Of a stretch of 64,000 nt of DNA, positions 48,450 to 60,339 are shown piece by piece. Source of the stretch: Synechococcales cyanobacterium VAR_4_metabat_354 (lineage in GTDB: Bacteria > Cyanobacteriota > Cyanobacteriia > Cyanobacteriales > Chamaesiphonaceae). Under the pieces are notes generated by a model. That model made no database searches and was not told where the DNA came from. It was given only the letters and a program-made list of their open reading frames with translations. The DNA lies in assembly GCA_031414775.1 (NCBI GenBank), contig JANOQI010000011.1, forward strand, positions 1 to 64,000, written 5' to 3'. Made by a program: the position numbers and the translations under genes. Position 1 is the stretch's first letter. Every line of letters begins with the position of its first letter.

Positions 48450-49733
48450 ATGGTTAAAATAGGCATTCTAGGATTAGGAACGGTAGGTACTGGTACTGTC
48501 CAGATTTTGAACGACCCTAAGGGTCGGCATCATCTCCTGCAAGAGATCGAAATTGCCAAGGTAGGTGTGAATAGTGTTGAAAAGCTCCGATCGGTTAGTT
48601 TTTCTTCCGGTGTTTTAACCACCGACCTAAATTCGATCGTCATCGACCCTGAAATCTCGATCATAGTGGAAGTAATCGGGGGTTTAGAACCAGCTCGTAG
48701 CTTAATACTGAAAGCGATCGCTCATGGCAAGCATGTCGTCACTGCCAACAAGGCAGTGATTTCCCGGTTTGGAGATGAAATTTTCACAGCGGCCAATAAA
48801 GCTGGGGTTTATGTTTTACTGGAAGCGGCAGTAGGTGGTGGTATTCCGATCATTCAGCCTCTTAAGCAGTCTTTGGGAGTGAATCGCATCAGTAAAGTTA
48901 CTGGTATTATCAACGGCACCACTAACTACATTTTGACCAGAATGACTACAGAGGGCGGTGAGTTTGAAGATATTTTAGCTGATGCCCAACAACTAGGCTA
49001 TGCCGAGGCCGACCCAACAGCAGATGTTGATGGTTTGGATGCTGGTGATAAAATCGCCATCCTAGCAGCCTTGGCCTTTGGTGATCGAATTAAACGCGAG
49101 GATGTCTACTGTGAAGGTATTCGCAAAGTTGGAGCGACCGATATTGCCTATGCCGATCGACTGGGCTATGTAATTAAACTGTTGGCAATCGCTGAAAAAT
49201 CTGCTGATAACTTAGTATCAGTGCGCGTTCACCCCACTTTGCTAGTTAAGTCCCATCCATTAGCTAGTGTCAATGGAGTCTACAACGCCATTTTAGTAGC
49301 AGGTGAGCCCCTCGGGCAGGTCATGCTTTTTGGTCCGGGTGCTGGGGCGGGCGCAACCGCTTCTGCCATAGTATCAGACCTAGTTACCATAGTAGCGGCT
49401 CGCCAATGTCAAAATGCCGCCGTTAATCCGCTCTTGAGCTGTCCGCATCAGCACTACGCGCAAATGGCTTCCTTAGAAAATATGGCTGGTCGTTTCTACG
49501 TGCGCTTCCAAACTCAAGATCTACCTGGTACTATCGGCCATATCGGCACTGCTTTTGGAAACCACCAAGTTAGCATTGAATCGATCGTCCAAACTTCGGT
49601 GAGCGCCGCTGGAGCCGAAATCGTGGTGGTCACAGGCGAAGTGGCTGAATCTAATTTCAGGCAGGCATTGCAGTCGATCAACCAACTACCAGCAATTCAG
49701 AGTATTCCGGCTATTTTAAATGTGGTGCAATAA
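48450..49733 (+). CDS. hom: Homoserine dehydrogenase with ACT domain
   Basis: Motifs GLGTVG, VTANK, EAAVGGGIP, NGTTNYIL and GYAEADP. Confidence 0.95.
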   Translation: MVKIGILGLGTVGTGTVQILNDPKGRHHLLQEIEIAKVGVNSVEKLRSVSFSSGVLTTDLNSIVIDPEISIIVEVIGGLEPARSLILKAIAHGKHVVTANKAVISRFGDEIFTAANKAGVYVLLEAAVGGGIPIIQPLKQSLGVNRISKVTGIINGTTNYILTRMTTEGGEFEDILADAQQLGYAEADPTADVDGLDAGDKIAILAALAFGDRIKREDVYCEGIRKVGATDIAYADRLGYVIKLLAIAEKSADNLVSVRVHPTLLVKSHPLASVNGVYNAILVAGEPLGQVMLFGPGAGAGATASAIVSDLVTIVAARQCQNAAVNPLLSCPHQHYAQMASLENMAGRFYVRFQTQDLPGTIGHIGTAFGNHQVSIESIVQTSVSAAGAEIVVVTGEVAESNFRQALQSINQLPAIQSIPAILNVVQ

Positions 49734-49847
49734 CACAAAGAACCTAGCACAGTCACTACTAATAAGGTGTTATATCCGAACTCGTATCCAAAAAATCCTG
49801 TGTTAGAATTTACACATCAGGCTAGCAGCAGGTGATGGAGACAAACC

Positions 49848-52349
49848 ATGTTTGAACGCTTTACAGAGAAAGCCATTAAGGTCATCATGCTGGCCCAGGA
49901 AGAGGCACGTCGCCTGGGACACAATTTCGTCGGCACTGAACAAATCCTCTTGGGTTTGATTGGTGAAGGCACCGGAGTCGCGGCCAAAGTCCTAAAGTCG
50001 ATGGGTGTCAATCTCAAAGATGCACGTATCGAAGTTGAAAAAATTATCGGTCGGGGTTCTGGATTTGTAGCGGTGGAAATTCCTTTCACTCCCAGAGCTA
50101 AGCGTGTTTTAGAACTGTCCTTAGAAGAGGCCAGACAACTAGGGCATAACTATATTGGTACCGAACACTTGCTCCTAGGTCTGATCCGCGAAGGTGAAGG
50201 CGTAGCGGCTAGAGTGCTAGAAAACCTTGGCGTAGATCTTTCCAAGGTACGGACGCAGGTAATTCGGATGCTGGGTGAAACGGCAGAAGCAGTAGCTCCC
50301 GGTGGCGGTTCCTCCGGTCGTGGCAATAAAACACCCACTCTTGATGAGTTTGGCTCCAACCTAACTCAGATGGCAATGGATGGTAAGCTCGACCCGGTTG
50401 TTGGCCGCGCTAAAGAGATTGAGCGGGTCATTCAGATATTAGGTCGGCGTACAAAAAACAACCCTGTGCTCATTGGTGAACCCGGTGTTGGCAAAACGGC
50501 AATTGCTGAAGGTCTAGCACAACGGATTATTGCTGCTGACGTTCCAGACATCTTAGAAGACAAGAGGGTAATGACTCTCGATATTGGTCTACTAGTGGCT
50601 GGTACCAAATATCGAGGGGAATTTGAAGAGCGTCTGAAAAAGATCATGGACGAAATCCGCCAAGCGGGTAACGTGATCTTGGTCATTGACGAGGTTCACA
50701 CCTTAATTGGTGCAGGAGCCGCCGAGGGCGCGATCGATGCCGCCAACATCCTCAAACCAGCTTTGGCCAGAGGTGAGTTGCAGTGTATCGGGGCTACCAC
50801 CCTAGACGAGTATCGTAAACATATTGAACGCGATGCGGCTCTGGAGCGGCGTTTCCAACCAGTGATGGTCGGCGAACCGAGCGTAGCTGAAACTATTGAG
50901 ATTCTGCATGGTTTGCGCGAACGCTATGAGCAGCATCACAAATTGCGAATTACGGATGACGCTCTTAAGGCTGCTGCCGAGTTAGCTGACCGGTATATTG
51001 CCGATAGGTTCCTGCCGGATAAGGCAATCGATCTGATGGACGAAGCTGGTTCGCGGGTAAGATTACTCAACTCCCAATTACCGGCTGCTGCCAAAGATTT
51101 AGACAAAGAGCTACGTCAAGTCCTCAAGGACAAAGATGATGCCGTTAGGTCTCAAGACTTTGAAAAGGCCGGTCAGCTCAAAGACCGCGAGTTAGAGATC
51201 AAAGCTGAGATCAAAAACATCGCTCAGGCCAAGCGGGCTGAATCAGCTGAAAACAAAGATGCCAAGACTCCGGACGTAACAGAAGAAGACATCGCGCACA
51301 TTGTAGCCTCTTGGACTGGCGTACCAGTGAGCAAGCTCACTGAATCGGAATCGATCAAGCTGCTGCATATGGAGGAAACTCTACACCAGCGCCTGATTGG
51401 TCAAGATGAAGCGGTAAGAGCCGTATCGCGTGCTATTCGGCGCGCCCGGGTCGGACTAAAAAATCCGAACCGTCCGATCGCCAGCTTTATCTTCTCCGGT
51501 CCTACTGGAGTTGGTAAAACTGAGTTGACCAAGGCGCTAGCAGCTTACTTCTTTGGTTCCGAGGAATCGATGATTCGGCTGGACATGTCGGAATACATGG
51601 AACGGCACACGGTTTCCAAGCTGATTGGTTCGCCCCCAGGCTATGTGGGCTTCAACGAAGGCGGTCAACTGACTGAAGCTGTGCGTCGTCGTCCCTATAC
51701 CGTTGTGCTTTTCGATGAAATCGAAAAAGCGCATCCCGACATCTTTAACATGTTGCTGCAAATCTTAGAAGATGGCCGCTTGACTGATTCTAAGGGTCGC
51801 ACGGTGGACTTCAAAAACACCCTGCTGATCATGACTTCTAACATCGGTTCTAAGGTAATCGAGAAGGGCGGCGGTGGTCTAGGCTTTGAGTTTGAAGACA
51901 ACAAAACCGAAGCTACCTACAACCGGATCAAGAGCTTAGTAAATGAAGAGCTGAAGAACTACTTCCGCCCTGAATTCCTCAACCGTCTGGATGAAATCAT
52001 CGTCTTCCAACAACTGACCAAGGACGAAGTCAAGCATATTGCCGATATTATGCTGGCCGACCTGTTTAAGCGCTTGACCGAAAAAGGTATCACCCTAGAA
52101 GTCACCGAGAAGTTTAAAGGTCGCCTGATCGAAGAAGGCTATAACCCAGCCTATGGCGCTCGTCCGCTGCGGCGCGCCATTATGCGTCTGCTAGAAGATG
52201 TGTTGGCTGAGGAAATGCTCTCTGGTCGTTTAAATGAAGGTGATTCGGGCATCGTCGATTTAGATGATGACAACAAAGCCTTTGTCCGGGAGAATCCCAA
52301 TCCCCCAGCAGTGCCCGAAGACCAAGCGGTCTTGAGTACTGTCGAGTAG
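49848..52349 (+). CDS. clpC: ATP-dependent Clp protease ATP-binding subunit ClpC
   Basis: [26 protein letters not shown] start; two AAA modules ([16 protein letters not shown]). Confidence 0.98.
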   Translation: MFERFTEKAIKVIMLAQEEARRLGHNFVGTEQILLGLIGEGTGVAAKVLKSMGVNLKDARIEVEKIIGRGSGFVAVEIPFTPRAKRVLELSLEEARQLGHNYIGTEHLLLGLIREGEGVAARVLENLGVDLSKVRTQVIRMLGETAEAVAPGGGSSGRGNKTPTLDEFGSNLTQMAMDGKLDPVVGRAKEIERVIQILGRRTKNNPVLIGEPGVGKTAIAEGLAQRIIAADVPDILEDKRVMTLDIGLLVAGTKYRGEFEERLKKIMDEIRQAGNVILVIDEVHTLIGAGAAEGAIDAANILKPALARGELQCIGATTLDEYRKHIERDAALERRFQPVMVGEPSVAETIEILHGLRERYEQHHKLRITDDALKAAAELADRYIADRFLPDKAIDLMDEAGSRVRLLNSQLPAAAKDLDKELRQVLKDKDDAVRSQDFEKAGQLKDRELEIKAEIKNIAQAKRAESAENKDAKTPDVTEEDIAHIVASWTGVPVSKLTESESIKLLHMEETLHQRLIGQDEAVRAVSRAIRRARVGLKNPNRPIASFIFSGPTGVGKTELTKALAAYFFGSEESMIRLDMSEYMERHTVSKLIGSPPGYVGFNEGGQLTEAVRRRPYTVVLFDEIEKAHPDIFNMLLQILEDGRLTDSKGRTVDFKNTLLIMTSNIGSKVIEKGGGGLGFEFEDNKTEATYNRIKSLVNEELKNYFRPEFLNRLDEIIVFQQLTKDEVKHIADIMLADLFKRLTEKGITLEVTEKFKGRLIEEGYNPAYGARPLRRAIMRLLEDVLAEEMLSGRLNEGDSGIVDLDDDNKAFVRENPNPPAVPEDQAVLSTVE

Positions 52350-52362
52350 GATCTAATCCATG

Positions 52363-52398
52363 AAAAAGCTCCGCTGTCAGTAGACAGCGGAGCTTTTT
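52363..52398. terminator. Bidirectional intrinsic terminator between clpC and guaA
   Basis: AAAAAGCTCCGCTGTC-AGTA-GACAGCGGAGCTTTTT. Confidence 0.9.
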
Positions 52399-52428
52399 AA
52401 TGGATCAAGATCTAATTTCTATACCAAC

Positions 52429-54045
52429 CTATTCCCATTCGATCGTACCAGGAGGCTTCGAGGTAATATCGTAAACCACTCGATTCACACCTTTTACCTC
52501 GTTCACAATCCGATTAGAGATAATCTCCAATACATCATAGGGAACCCGCGACCAATCTGCCGTCATCCCATCTTCACTAGAAACAAAGCGCAGGACGATC
52601 GGATGAGCATAGGTTCGCTGATCGCCCATTACCCCCACACTTTTTACCTCAGCCAGCAATACGGCAAAAGCCTGCCAAACATCATTGTACAAGCCGTGAC
52701 GATTGACTTCTTGGCGCACTATTAAATCGGCATCCCGGAGCGTATTTAAACGTGCCGCCGTTACTTCACCCATAATCCGAATCGCTAAACCAGGACCGGG
52801 AAAAGGCTGTCGATTGACGATTTCCTCGGGGAGGTTCAGCACCTTACCAACTTTACGTACTTCGTCTTTAAACAGCTTGCGCAGCGGTTCCACCAGCTTG
52901 AACTGTAAATCCTTGGGCAAACCACCCACATTGTGGTGACTCTTAATTTTGACTGCTACCCGCTCACCAGTCTGCGGATCAACATTGGTATCAGCAGATT
53001 CAATTACATCGGGGTAGAGAGTACCCTGGGCTAGATAGTCAAAAGGACCAAACTTCTTCGATTCCTCCTCAAAGACCCGAATAAATTCAGTGCCAATAAT
53101 TTTGCGTTTTTCTTCTGGGTCAGTAACCCCGGCGACCGCATTGATAAATCTTTCTCGTGCCATCACATGCACGACCGGAATATGAAACTGCTCTTTAAAA
53201 AGCGTTACCAAGCGCTCTGGCTCTAGCTTGCGCATGAAACCCTGATCGATAAACATGCAGGTGAGCTGATCGCCGATCGCTCGATGCAGTAAAAAGGCCA
53301 GCGTCGAAGAATCAACACCACCAGATAGAGCTAACAAGACTCGTTTATCACCTACTCGCGCTCGTACTTCCCTAATCGCTTCTTCCACAAAAGCTTCTGT
53401 TGTCCAAGTGGGCTGGCAACCGCAGATGTGATAGACAAAGTTGCTAATCAGAGCAAAACCATCGATCGAATGCACCACTTCTGGGTGAAATTGCACCCCA
53501 TAAAGATGGCGCTGGTGATCTGCAATCGCCGCGCAGGGTGTGTTCTCAGTGTGCGCCAGCAACTCAAAACCGGCAGGTAGTTGCGTACAAGAGTCACCAT
53601 GACTCATCCACATCGTGCTGTTTTCAGCCACATTGGTAAGCAGATCAGTCGGGTCATCGATCCGGATGGCAGCTTTGCCATACTCTGCTCGCTTCGCTTT
53701 AATAACCTCGCCACCCAACTGCTGCACCATCAGCTGCATACCATAGCAGACGCCCAAAACCGGAATACCTAAAGCCCAGATCGCCGGGTCGCATTGCGGT
53801 GCTCCGGTGTCATAGACCGAGCTGGGTCCACCAGAGAGGATAATGCCTTGGGGGTTGAGTAGCTTTAACTGTTCGGCACTAGTCCGATAAGAAATTACTT
53901 CCGAATATACTTGTGTTTCTCGAATACGTCTGGCGATTAGCTCGGAGTACTGCGAACCAAAATCTAGGATAACGATAATCTGACGGTGAAGTTTACTGGT
54001 GATGGATTGTTCTTGACCAGTAATAGTTTGAATTTCGGCGGTCAC
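52429..54045 (-). CDS. guaA: GMP synthase (glutamine-hydrolysing)
   Basis: Motifs LDFGSQY, GVCYGMQ, QFHPEV, SGGVDS and KPPGTIEWE. Confidence 0.98.
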   Translation of the reverse strand: MTAEIQTITGQEQSITSKLHRQIIVILDFGSQYSELIARRIRETQVYSEVISYRTSAEQLKLLNPQGIILSGGPSSVYDTGAPQCDPAIWALGIPVLGVCYGMQLMVQQLGGEVIKAKRAEYGKAAIRIDDPTDLLTNVAENSTMWMSHGDSCTQLPAGFELLAHTENTPCAAIADHQRHLYGVQFHPEVVHSIDGFALISNFVYHICGCQPTWTTEAFVEEAIREVRARVGDKRVLLALSGGVDSSTLAFLLHRAIGDQLTCMFIDQGFMRKLEPERLVTLFKEQFHIPVVHVMARERFINAVAGVTDPEEKRKIIGTEFIRVFEEESKKFGPFDYLAQGTLYPDVIESADTNVDPQTGERVAVKIKSHHNVGGLPKDLQFKLVEPLRKLFKDEVRKVGKVLNLPEEIVNRQPFPGPGLAIRIMGEVTAARLNTLRDADLIVRQEVNRHGLYNDVWQAFAVLLAEVKSVGVMGDQRTYAHPIVLRFVSSEDGMTADWSRVPYDVLEIISNRIVNEVKGVNRVVYDITSKPPGTIEWE

Positions 54046-54181
54046 TGCGGGGCTCCCTAATCGCGACGTTGAATGAATGTAACAGGGATCAGAATTTTAC
54101 TAGTAGTTGGTCTTGAAAAGGAAAATATCGAACCAAATAAAATATTCGATTAAACTTAGCACAATTGTGACCAAAAAACTT

Positions 54182-54388
54182 TTACTCTGGCCATTCTGGA
54201 ATTACCCATTGGGGTGGAGCCATCATTTTTTTGCGGCGGGCTTCCTCGGCCATTTCATGCATTTGATCGATCGAAGTTTCGCCAATAAAGTTAGCCGCCG
54301 CGTTGATATGAGCCTCGCCTGGACAGTTATCTGGCTGTAGGCAACCATTTTGACATTCGGTAGCGCAGTTAATAGTTGAAGTTTCCAT
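54182..54388 (-). CDS. Small Cys-rich hypothetical protein
   Basis: 68 aa with a C-x3-C-x3-C-x5-C cluster; occupies the gap upstream of guaA. Confidence 0.7.
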   Translation of the reverse strand: METSTINCATECQNGCLQPDNCPGEAHINAAANFIGETSIDQMHEMAEEARRKKMMAPPQWVIPEWPE

Positions 54389-54523
54389 GCTTAAAAAAAT
54401 TGAATAATAATCTAAATAACCTTCCCAAAGTATAGAAAATGACTGCTGACCAATGCAAGTAAGCTTGCTTAGGAATCAACAGCCATCAATAAACTAATAA
54501 ATTGAAACGAATTGATCGCTTAG

Positions 54524-56155
54524 TTATCGACGATCAGACTTATAACTAGTCAACCATTCGCGTAGCTGTTCACCAGCCACATCTCGACCACCTAAGCCAA
54601 AGGCGATTGCACTAGCAATGGCGATCGCACCTAAGCTCAAACCAAACGCCAAGTTCACAATATCGGGAGCAATACCCATCCGCTGCAAGCCCATCGCGCT
54701 GACCAGCACAATGATTACCACCCGAGCCGCCTGCGCCAAGATATTGGCTTGACGATTGCCCGCTGAGTTAATCAATCGGTAGGCCAAGTTAGCCAAGAAT
54801 AAGCCGATGGCTACCACCACCAAGCCAGCCAGAATTTGACCAGCAATTACCAAAATACTTTTGGTAATGTTAGTCAGGGCTGGAATTTTCAGAACATCCA
54901 TAGCCGACACTACGGCTAGCAGCATGGTACCCACTAAAGTCACAATCCCAGCAATTTCGGATGGAGTTTTAGCCTGGATTCGGGTTTGATTAGGTGCGGC
55001 CTCGTCAACCAAACTACTCAGACCCAATGTCCGAATAATGTTATTGAAACCCATCGCCGACAAGGTACTAGTTACTAATTCACTGAGAAAGCGACCAATA
55101 AAGTAAGAAAGACCAATCAATGCTCCAGCTGTAAATATGCGGGGTAGCATTAGCATTACTTCGTTCAGCATGGTGACTGCTGGATCAGAAATGGCCGCAA
55201 TGTCTAATGCTTGTAATGCCGAGATAATTCCTGGTACCAGAATCAAGACATAAACAATGGTGCCAACAATACCAGCCAGAGTCTGGTTCGATGTTCTCGG
55301 TGGACTAGGTGGTGTAGCCTGACCAGGTGCTGTCCGAGGAATCGGAGGCCGGTTAAAACCAAGATTGGCGGCCAAACGCTCGGAGCCAGCTGCAATCGCG
55401 ACATTGATCACAATATCACGCACAATCCGAGCAATAAACCAACTTACTAGTCCAATGATGCCAGCCTTAAAGATCTTAGGCACGGCACTGATCATATCGC
55501 TAGTCAGGTTTTGCACTGGAGCTAGAGAACCGCTTAATCCGATCGCTTCCAGAATGGGACTCAGGAAGAAGAGCAAAATTAGCCAAAAGCTCAAATTGGC
55601 CATGGTCACGCTGGGTAGCATGGCATTGTGGCTATTGGTATCAACTTGCAACTTACGATCAAGACTAAAAGATTCAGAGACCCGCAAAATTAGCATTTTG
55701 ACGGCGGTGGCTACTAGCCAGGCAACTACTGCCAGAGCCGCTGCTGAAAATATTTTGGGTAAGAATCCCAATACTTGATGGAGTAATTCCTGCAAAGGGG
55801 CGGAAACACCGCTCAGATTCAGGGCATTCAAAAAACCGACAACACCAAAGAGAAAAACAATCCAAAAAACGATTGTCGAAACAATCCTCTCTGGCTTAAT
55901 ACCGCCGCCCGCTGAACCGCCAGTAAAATTACTCAGAAGTTGATTATCGATATTAGTTTTAGACAGCAGACTGCTAGCGATCCAACCGGCAATTAAGGCT
56001 ACGATCCAACCAATTAGTAATATGCTAATTGCCGCCAGCAGGCTAGGCAAAAAGCCCACCACTTGTCCAACGAACTTATTAACATCTACTCCCACTAATG
56101 CTTGCATGACCAGCACTTGTGACTGAAAAGTCATAGATTGCCAAATTTCATTCAT
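54524..56155 (-). CDS. Mechanosensitive-channel-associated TM-helix repeat protein (CmpX-like)
   Basis: Repeated (F/M)LPxIxxA TM units and C-terminal AIAFGLGGRDVA. Confidence 0.8.
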   Translation of the reverse strand: MNEIWQSMTFQSQVLVMQALVGVDVNKFVGQVVGFLPSLLAAISILLIGWIVALIAGWIASSLLSKTNIDNQLLSNFTGGSAGGGIKPERIVSTIVFWIVFLFGVVGFLNALNLSGVSAPLQELLHQVLGFLPKIFSAAALAVVAWLVATAVKMLILRVSESFSLDRKLQVDTNSHNAMLPSVTMANLSFWLILLFFLSPILEAIGLSGSLAPVQNLTSDMISAVPKIFKAGIIGLVSWFIARIVRDIVINVAIAAGSERLAANLGFNRPPIPRTAPGQATPPSPPRTSNQTLAGIVGTIVYVLILVPGIISALQALDIAAISDPAVTMLNEVMLMLPRIFTAGALIGLSYFIGRFLSELVTSTLSAMGFNNIIRTLGLSSLVDEAAPNQTRIQAKTPSEIAGIVTLVGTMLLAVVSAMDVLKIPALTNITKSILVIAGQILAGLVVVAIGLFLANLAYRLINSAGNRQANILAQAARVVIIVLVSAMGLQRMGIAPDIVNLAFGLSLGAIAIASAIAFGLGGRDVAGEQLREWLTSYKSDRR

Positions 56156-56658
56156 AGATGCACCATACTCACAGATAGAAGCTGTTGACGATTTATACAA
56201 CCGCAATCTCTTCGAGGGTCAACTATATGTAGCTGCCAGAATCCAAGAGATGCTAATGATTCTACGAATTTTCGTTAGCAATCACAAATTCGCTAGTTAC
56301 AAACCGTAACAATTTCACACTTCTTGATAGTTATAAATATGCTACACGATTACAAAATCTCGCGAGTATTAAAAATTAAAATTAGTAAATAACTAAATTC
56401 AAAAGCGTTGTCCACAGGACTCCTAGCAAATAGCTTGAGATTACAGACTTCATAAAATATATATTTTATGTAGCATAATAAAGAAGATAATTACAGGATA
56501 TCAATTACATTTATTAACTTCTTTATTAGCTAATACATTTCTCTAATCACATTTAAAACTTTTCCAACCACAGTTTTAAAATTCAGTGTTTAAAAATGGT
56601 GATACTGACAACTCTCTTTAATTTTCTAACTCTATAAATATCAGCATTTTAGCGCTTG

Positions 56659-57429
56659 CTAATTTGGCACTAGTTGATCATCTTTGGCCAAACAGCCATC
56701 TTCTAGATGCACGATTCGATCGGCTACATCCAAAATCCGGTTGTCATGAGTCACCATCAAAATGGTGGTGCCTTGCTCCTTGGCTAACCGCTGCATAATA
56801 GTCACTACGTCCCGCCCAGACTTACTATCTAAAGCTGCTGTCGGTTCGTCCGCCAACACTAACTTCGGACGACTCATTAAGGCTCTAGCGATCGCCACCC
56901 GCTGTTTTTGGCCACCCGATAGGCTCTCAGGGTAATAAGTCTTGCGATCGGACAAACCCACGGCATCCAGCATGGCGGCGGCGCGTTGCTGGGTTTCTTT
57001 ATTACTAATATGAGCGTGCAGTTGCCCGGACATTTCTACATTTTGCAGAGCTGTCAGGGACTTAAGCAGATTATGAGCCTGGAAAATATAGCCAATGTTC
57101 CGGCGCATTTTGGTCAGGTTGCTTTTGCTAGCGCCAATCAATTCGTCCCCCAGCACCTTCAGGCTGCCTTCTTGCGGCGATCGCAAACCACCCATCAAAG
57201 TTAGTAAAGTAGTCTTACCCGAGCCGGAGGGACCAGTCATAATCACCAATTCGCCTTTCCCCACTTGCAAACTGATATCGGATAAAACTTGCTTGCGGAG
57301 GGAGCCTTTGCCAAAGTAATGATTGAGGCGATCGATCGATACTACCACCTCCTCAAAGTGATGTTTGGGCTGAATAGTTTGTAGCTCTGGTGCTTTGCCA
57401 TTGAGATTGGTATTAATGGTATCAAACAT
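56659..57429 (-). CDS. devA: DevA-family ABC exporter ATP-binding subunit
   Basis: Motifs GPSGSGKTT, GYIFQAHNL, LSGGQKQRVAIARAL and DEPTAALD. Confidence 0.9.
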   Translation of the reverse strand: MFDTINTNLNGKAPELQTIQPKHHFEEVVVSIDRLNHYFGKGSLRKQVLSDISLQVGKGELVIMTGPSGSGKTTLLTLMGGLRSPQEGSLKVLGDELIGASKSNLTKMRRNIGYIFQAHNLLKSLTALQNVEMSGQLHAHISNKETQQRAAAMLDAVGLSDRKTYYPESLSGGQKQRVAIARALMSRPKLVLADEPTAALDSKSGRDVVTIMQRLAKEQGTTILMVTHDNRILDVADRIVHLEDGCLAKDDQLVPN

Positions 57430-57440
57430 AATAATTTCCT

Positions 57441-58613
57441 CTAGAACATATCAGCGGGGTCAGCGGCCCGCAGTTTCCGCACCGCGATCGCCCCCGACAC
57501 CAAGCACATAATAAAAGTCAAGAGCAATACCGTAGAGGCTCTGGCGACAGTCATCATTAACGGTAAATTAGTAGCATTTCGAGTCATGGTGTATAAACCC
57601 ACTGCCGCCAGCATCCCTGGAAAAAAGCCTACTATCGCGAGGATCACAGCTTCTTGGAAGACTATTATCAGTAAATAAAGGTCTGTATAACCCATGGCTT
57701 TGAGCGTTGCGTATTCTGACAAATGGTCGGCTACATCCGTATAGAGAATTTGATACACAATTACGATACCCACAATAAAGCCCATGATTGTGCCTAGGGT
57801 AAAAATGAATCCGATCGATGTGCCAGTTTGCCAATAGTTCAACTCAAAATCAATGAATTCTTCCCGGCTTAAGACCTTCACATCATCTGGCAATTGCTGA
57901 TCTAGGAGCTTGATAGTTTGCTTTAAGTCTGATCCGGGCTGGAGACGGACAACGCCAATATCTATTAGTCCTTTATCTCGCTTAAACAATCGGGTAAAGT
58001 TTGTATCACTAGTCATCACATTACCATCAGCGCCAAAGGATGCTCCCAGGGTAAACAAACCACCCACCTTTATTTTACGACTACGCATCTCAGTGGTAAC
58101 AGTTTTACCTTCCTTAAACCATTTACCCACATCGCCAAATTGTTCCCGCGACTGAATATCAAAAAGATAGGTGTCTGGCAACATAATTTGGTCAATGTTT
58201 TTCTGGTCTTCTGATTTTTTACTAATGCCTGGCAGGTCAAATAGTCCTCGATCAACTGGGTTATAGCCAATCACCATCATACTTCTGGTAGTTTTATTTT
58301 CTGGGTTTTTCCAGAGACCAAAATCGAGATAAATTGGCGTAATCGCAACCACGTTACTGAGCGATCGACTTTGATAAAGACGTCGTAGCGGTAAGCTTTT
58401 CATTGCAATCAGCGAAGTAGACTGTGGACTAATCAGAAATACATCACCCTGAATACTTTTGTGTAGTGTCACAGCACTATCAAACAACGCATCTCGAAAA
58501 CCAAGTTGCATAAACATCAAAATATCAGCAAACGAGATCCCCGCGATCGCCACCATTAATCGAATTTTTTCGTGGCTGAGCTGCAACCAAGCTAGCGGAA
58601 TTTTTCCAAACAT
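57441..58613 (-). CDS. devC: DevC-family ABC exporter permease
   Basis: Motifs IPLAWLQL, FMQLGF, EYATLKAMG and ADPADMF. Confidence 0.9.
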   Translation of the reverse strand: MFGKIPLAWLQLSHEKIRLMVAIAGISFADILMFMQLGFRDALFDSAVTLHKSIQGDVFLISPQSTSLIAMKSLPLRRLYQSRSLSNVVAITPIYLDFGLWKNPENKTTRSMMVIGYNPVDRGLFDLPGISKKSEDQKNIDQIMLPDTYLFDIQSREQFGDVGKWFKEGKTVTTEMRSRKIKVGGLFTLGASFGADGNVMTSDTNFTRLFKRDKGLIDIGVVRLQPGSDLKQTIKLLDQQLPDDVKVLSREEFIDFELNYWQTGTSIGFIFTLGTIMGFIVGIVIVYQILYTDVADHLSEYATLKAMGYTDLYLLIIVFQEAVILAIVGFFPGMLAAVGLYTMTRNATNLPLMMTVARASTVLLLTFIMCLVSGAIAVRKLRAADPADMF

Positions 58614-58625
58614 AGGTAATTAATG

Positions 58626-60164
58626 CTAGTTCTTGATTTTTATTTCTACTTTGGAGTTAGTTAAACCCCGGACTTGACTACTGTCCTGCGGATTGAGTGC
58701 CAGCTTTACTTCAACAATGCGGGAATCAGCGTCAGCTGCTGGGTCGGTATTTAGCACATCCTTTTTGGCGATCTGCTGCCCAATTTGACTCACCGTGCCC
58801 TGGATCATGCCGGTAAAGGCACCAGTTTCACTCTTGATTTCAGCAATTTGTCCCATCTTAATCTTACCGATATCACTTTCATAGACTTCGGCCACAGCTA
58901 CCATCTGCTCGTTTTGAGCCAGCTCAATAATGCCCTTGCTATTAGTGGCTTCACCCGGTCTGGTGTAAATTTTAAAAACTTCCCCAGCAATTGGTGCCCG
59001 GATATAAGCCAATTCCAAATCGGCCTTGACCTGCCGAGCGGCTGCGATCGAACTAGCAACTTCCGCCTCCGCCGACTTCACATCCACTGGTCGTACTTCC
59101 GAAATCTTGGCCGCAGTGGCTTTTGCTCCGATGATTTGCTCATTGAGGGTCGCGGCTGTCCGATTGTAGGTAGCTTCGGCTTCCTTAATCTGTTGCGTCA
59201 AGTTACTCACAATTCGCTTCTGGGTTGCCGTATTTTCGGCAATTTGCTGTTTGATAATACTAATGCTCTGCTGATATTGAGCCTTAGTTTCGGTCAATTG
59301 CTCTTGCACGGTGGCTTGCTCTAAGCACTTGCTATCGCGCAAACTGGCTTGGATGGCCTTCTCGGCAAACAGCGTATTGTAACGCTGACACTCCACCGTA
59401 GCATTGCGTAACTGCGCACTGAAACGACTAATCCGCGCCTGATAGGTCGGTTTTTCTCCAGCCAATTGCGCTGACAGCGCCTGAATTTTAGAGCTTTGCG
59501 CCTGTGGCTCAAAAATCAGTTGTTCTTTTAACCGAGTCAGAGTAGCTTTGGCAGTAGCAGTTTCCCCGCGCAGCTGCTGTTGAAAGCGGTTAACTTCAGA
59601 TCGTTGTGCCGAAATTTCCCCAGCTTGGGCACCGGATTTTACTTTGTTGAGCTTAGCTTGGGCCACTCGGATATCTTCTTGGGCTTTAGCCAACTGTGCT
59701 TGCTTGGTATTGCTACTATCCAAAATAGCCACCACCTGGCCAACAGTTACCCGATCACCCTCCTTGACTAGTAGCTTTTTGAGTAAACTACCTTGCGCCG
59801 AAGAAGCCCCTAACCTGATGACCTCACTTTCTGGTTCCAAACGCCCCAGCGCTGAGACAGCGTTAATTTTAGTTTCTGGAGCTGACGACGCTGTTATTTT
59901 CGGGTCGGCTTTGGGAGATGTCACCCCTGTCAAATACAAACTAGCTGGTATAGCCAATAATCCTGCCGCCGCTAATACCCACACCCATTTATTAGAAAGC
60001 CAAGAATTTGCCTCTGCTACTGGCTCAGACTCGATGACAGGAGTTAACTCATCGATGTCTTCGTTGTGATCAATGATGGTTGGTTCATCAGCCGGTGACA
60101 CTAATTCAGCATCGGTTACCGGATTGTTCAATCTATTGTCCATTCCGGGTTGAGATTGTGGCAT
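58626..60164 (-). CDS. devB: DevB-family membrane fusion protein
   Basis: VSALGRLEP, a long coiled coil, AEVYESDI and DSRIVEVK. Start uncertain (60164 or 60143). Confidence 0.88.
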   Translation of the reverse strand: MPQSQPGMDNRLNNPVTDAELVSPADEPTIIDHNEDIDELTPVIESEPVAEANSWLSNKWVWVLAAAGLLAIPASLYLTGVTSPKADPKITASSAPETKINAVSALGRLEPESEVIRLGASSAQGSLLKKLLVKEGDRVTVGQVVAILDSSNTKQAQLAKAQEDIRVAQAKLNKVKSGAQAGEISAQRSEVNRFQQQLRGETATAKATLTRLKEQLIFEPQAQSSKIQALSAQLAGEKPTYQARISRFSAQLRNATVECQRYNTLFAEKAIQASLRDSKCLEQATVQEQLTETKAQYQQSISIIKQQIAENTATQKRIVSNLTQQIKEAEATYNRTAATLNEQIIGAKATAAKISEVRPVDVKSAEAEVASSIAAARQVKADLELAYIRAPIAGEVFKIYTRPGEATNSKGIIELAQNEQMVAVAEVYESDIGKIKMGQIAEIKSETGAFTGMIQGTVSQIGQQIAKKDVLNTDPAADADSRIVEVKLALNPQDSSQVRGLTNSKVEIKIKN

Positions 60165-60292
60165 AGGAGCTGTCCAGAGTGAAGTTTGGCAAAATCGCAA
60201 TAAAACTATACAAGCGATTTTGAATAATAAAATGAGGGATAGTCGTTTTGCAATAAAATCGCTTATCCCTCAAGCAAGCTGAACCCAATAAT

Positions 60293-60339
60293 TAACTTAC
60301 TTGTTAGTTATCTTACCTAGCTGCTTAGGCCCCTGTCAA
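60293..60339 (-). promoter_or_regulatory. devBCA promoter with a putative TetR operator
   Basis: Minus strand TTGACA(60339-60334)-N18-TAAGAT(60315-60310), followed by the near-palindrome TAACTTAC-TT-GTTAGTTA (60293-60310). Confidence 0.65.

Noticed and set aside
56400..56480. Replication origin
   Set aside because: Only one imperfect DnaA box, and no dnaA/dnaN context.
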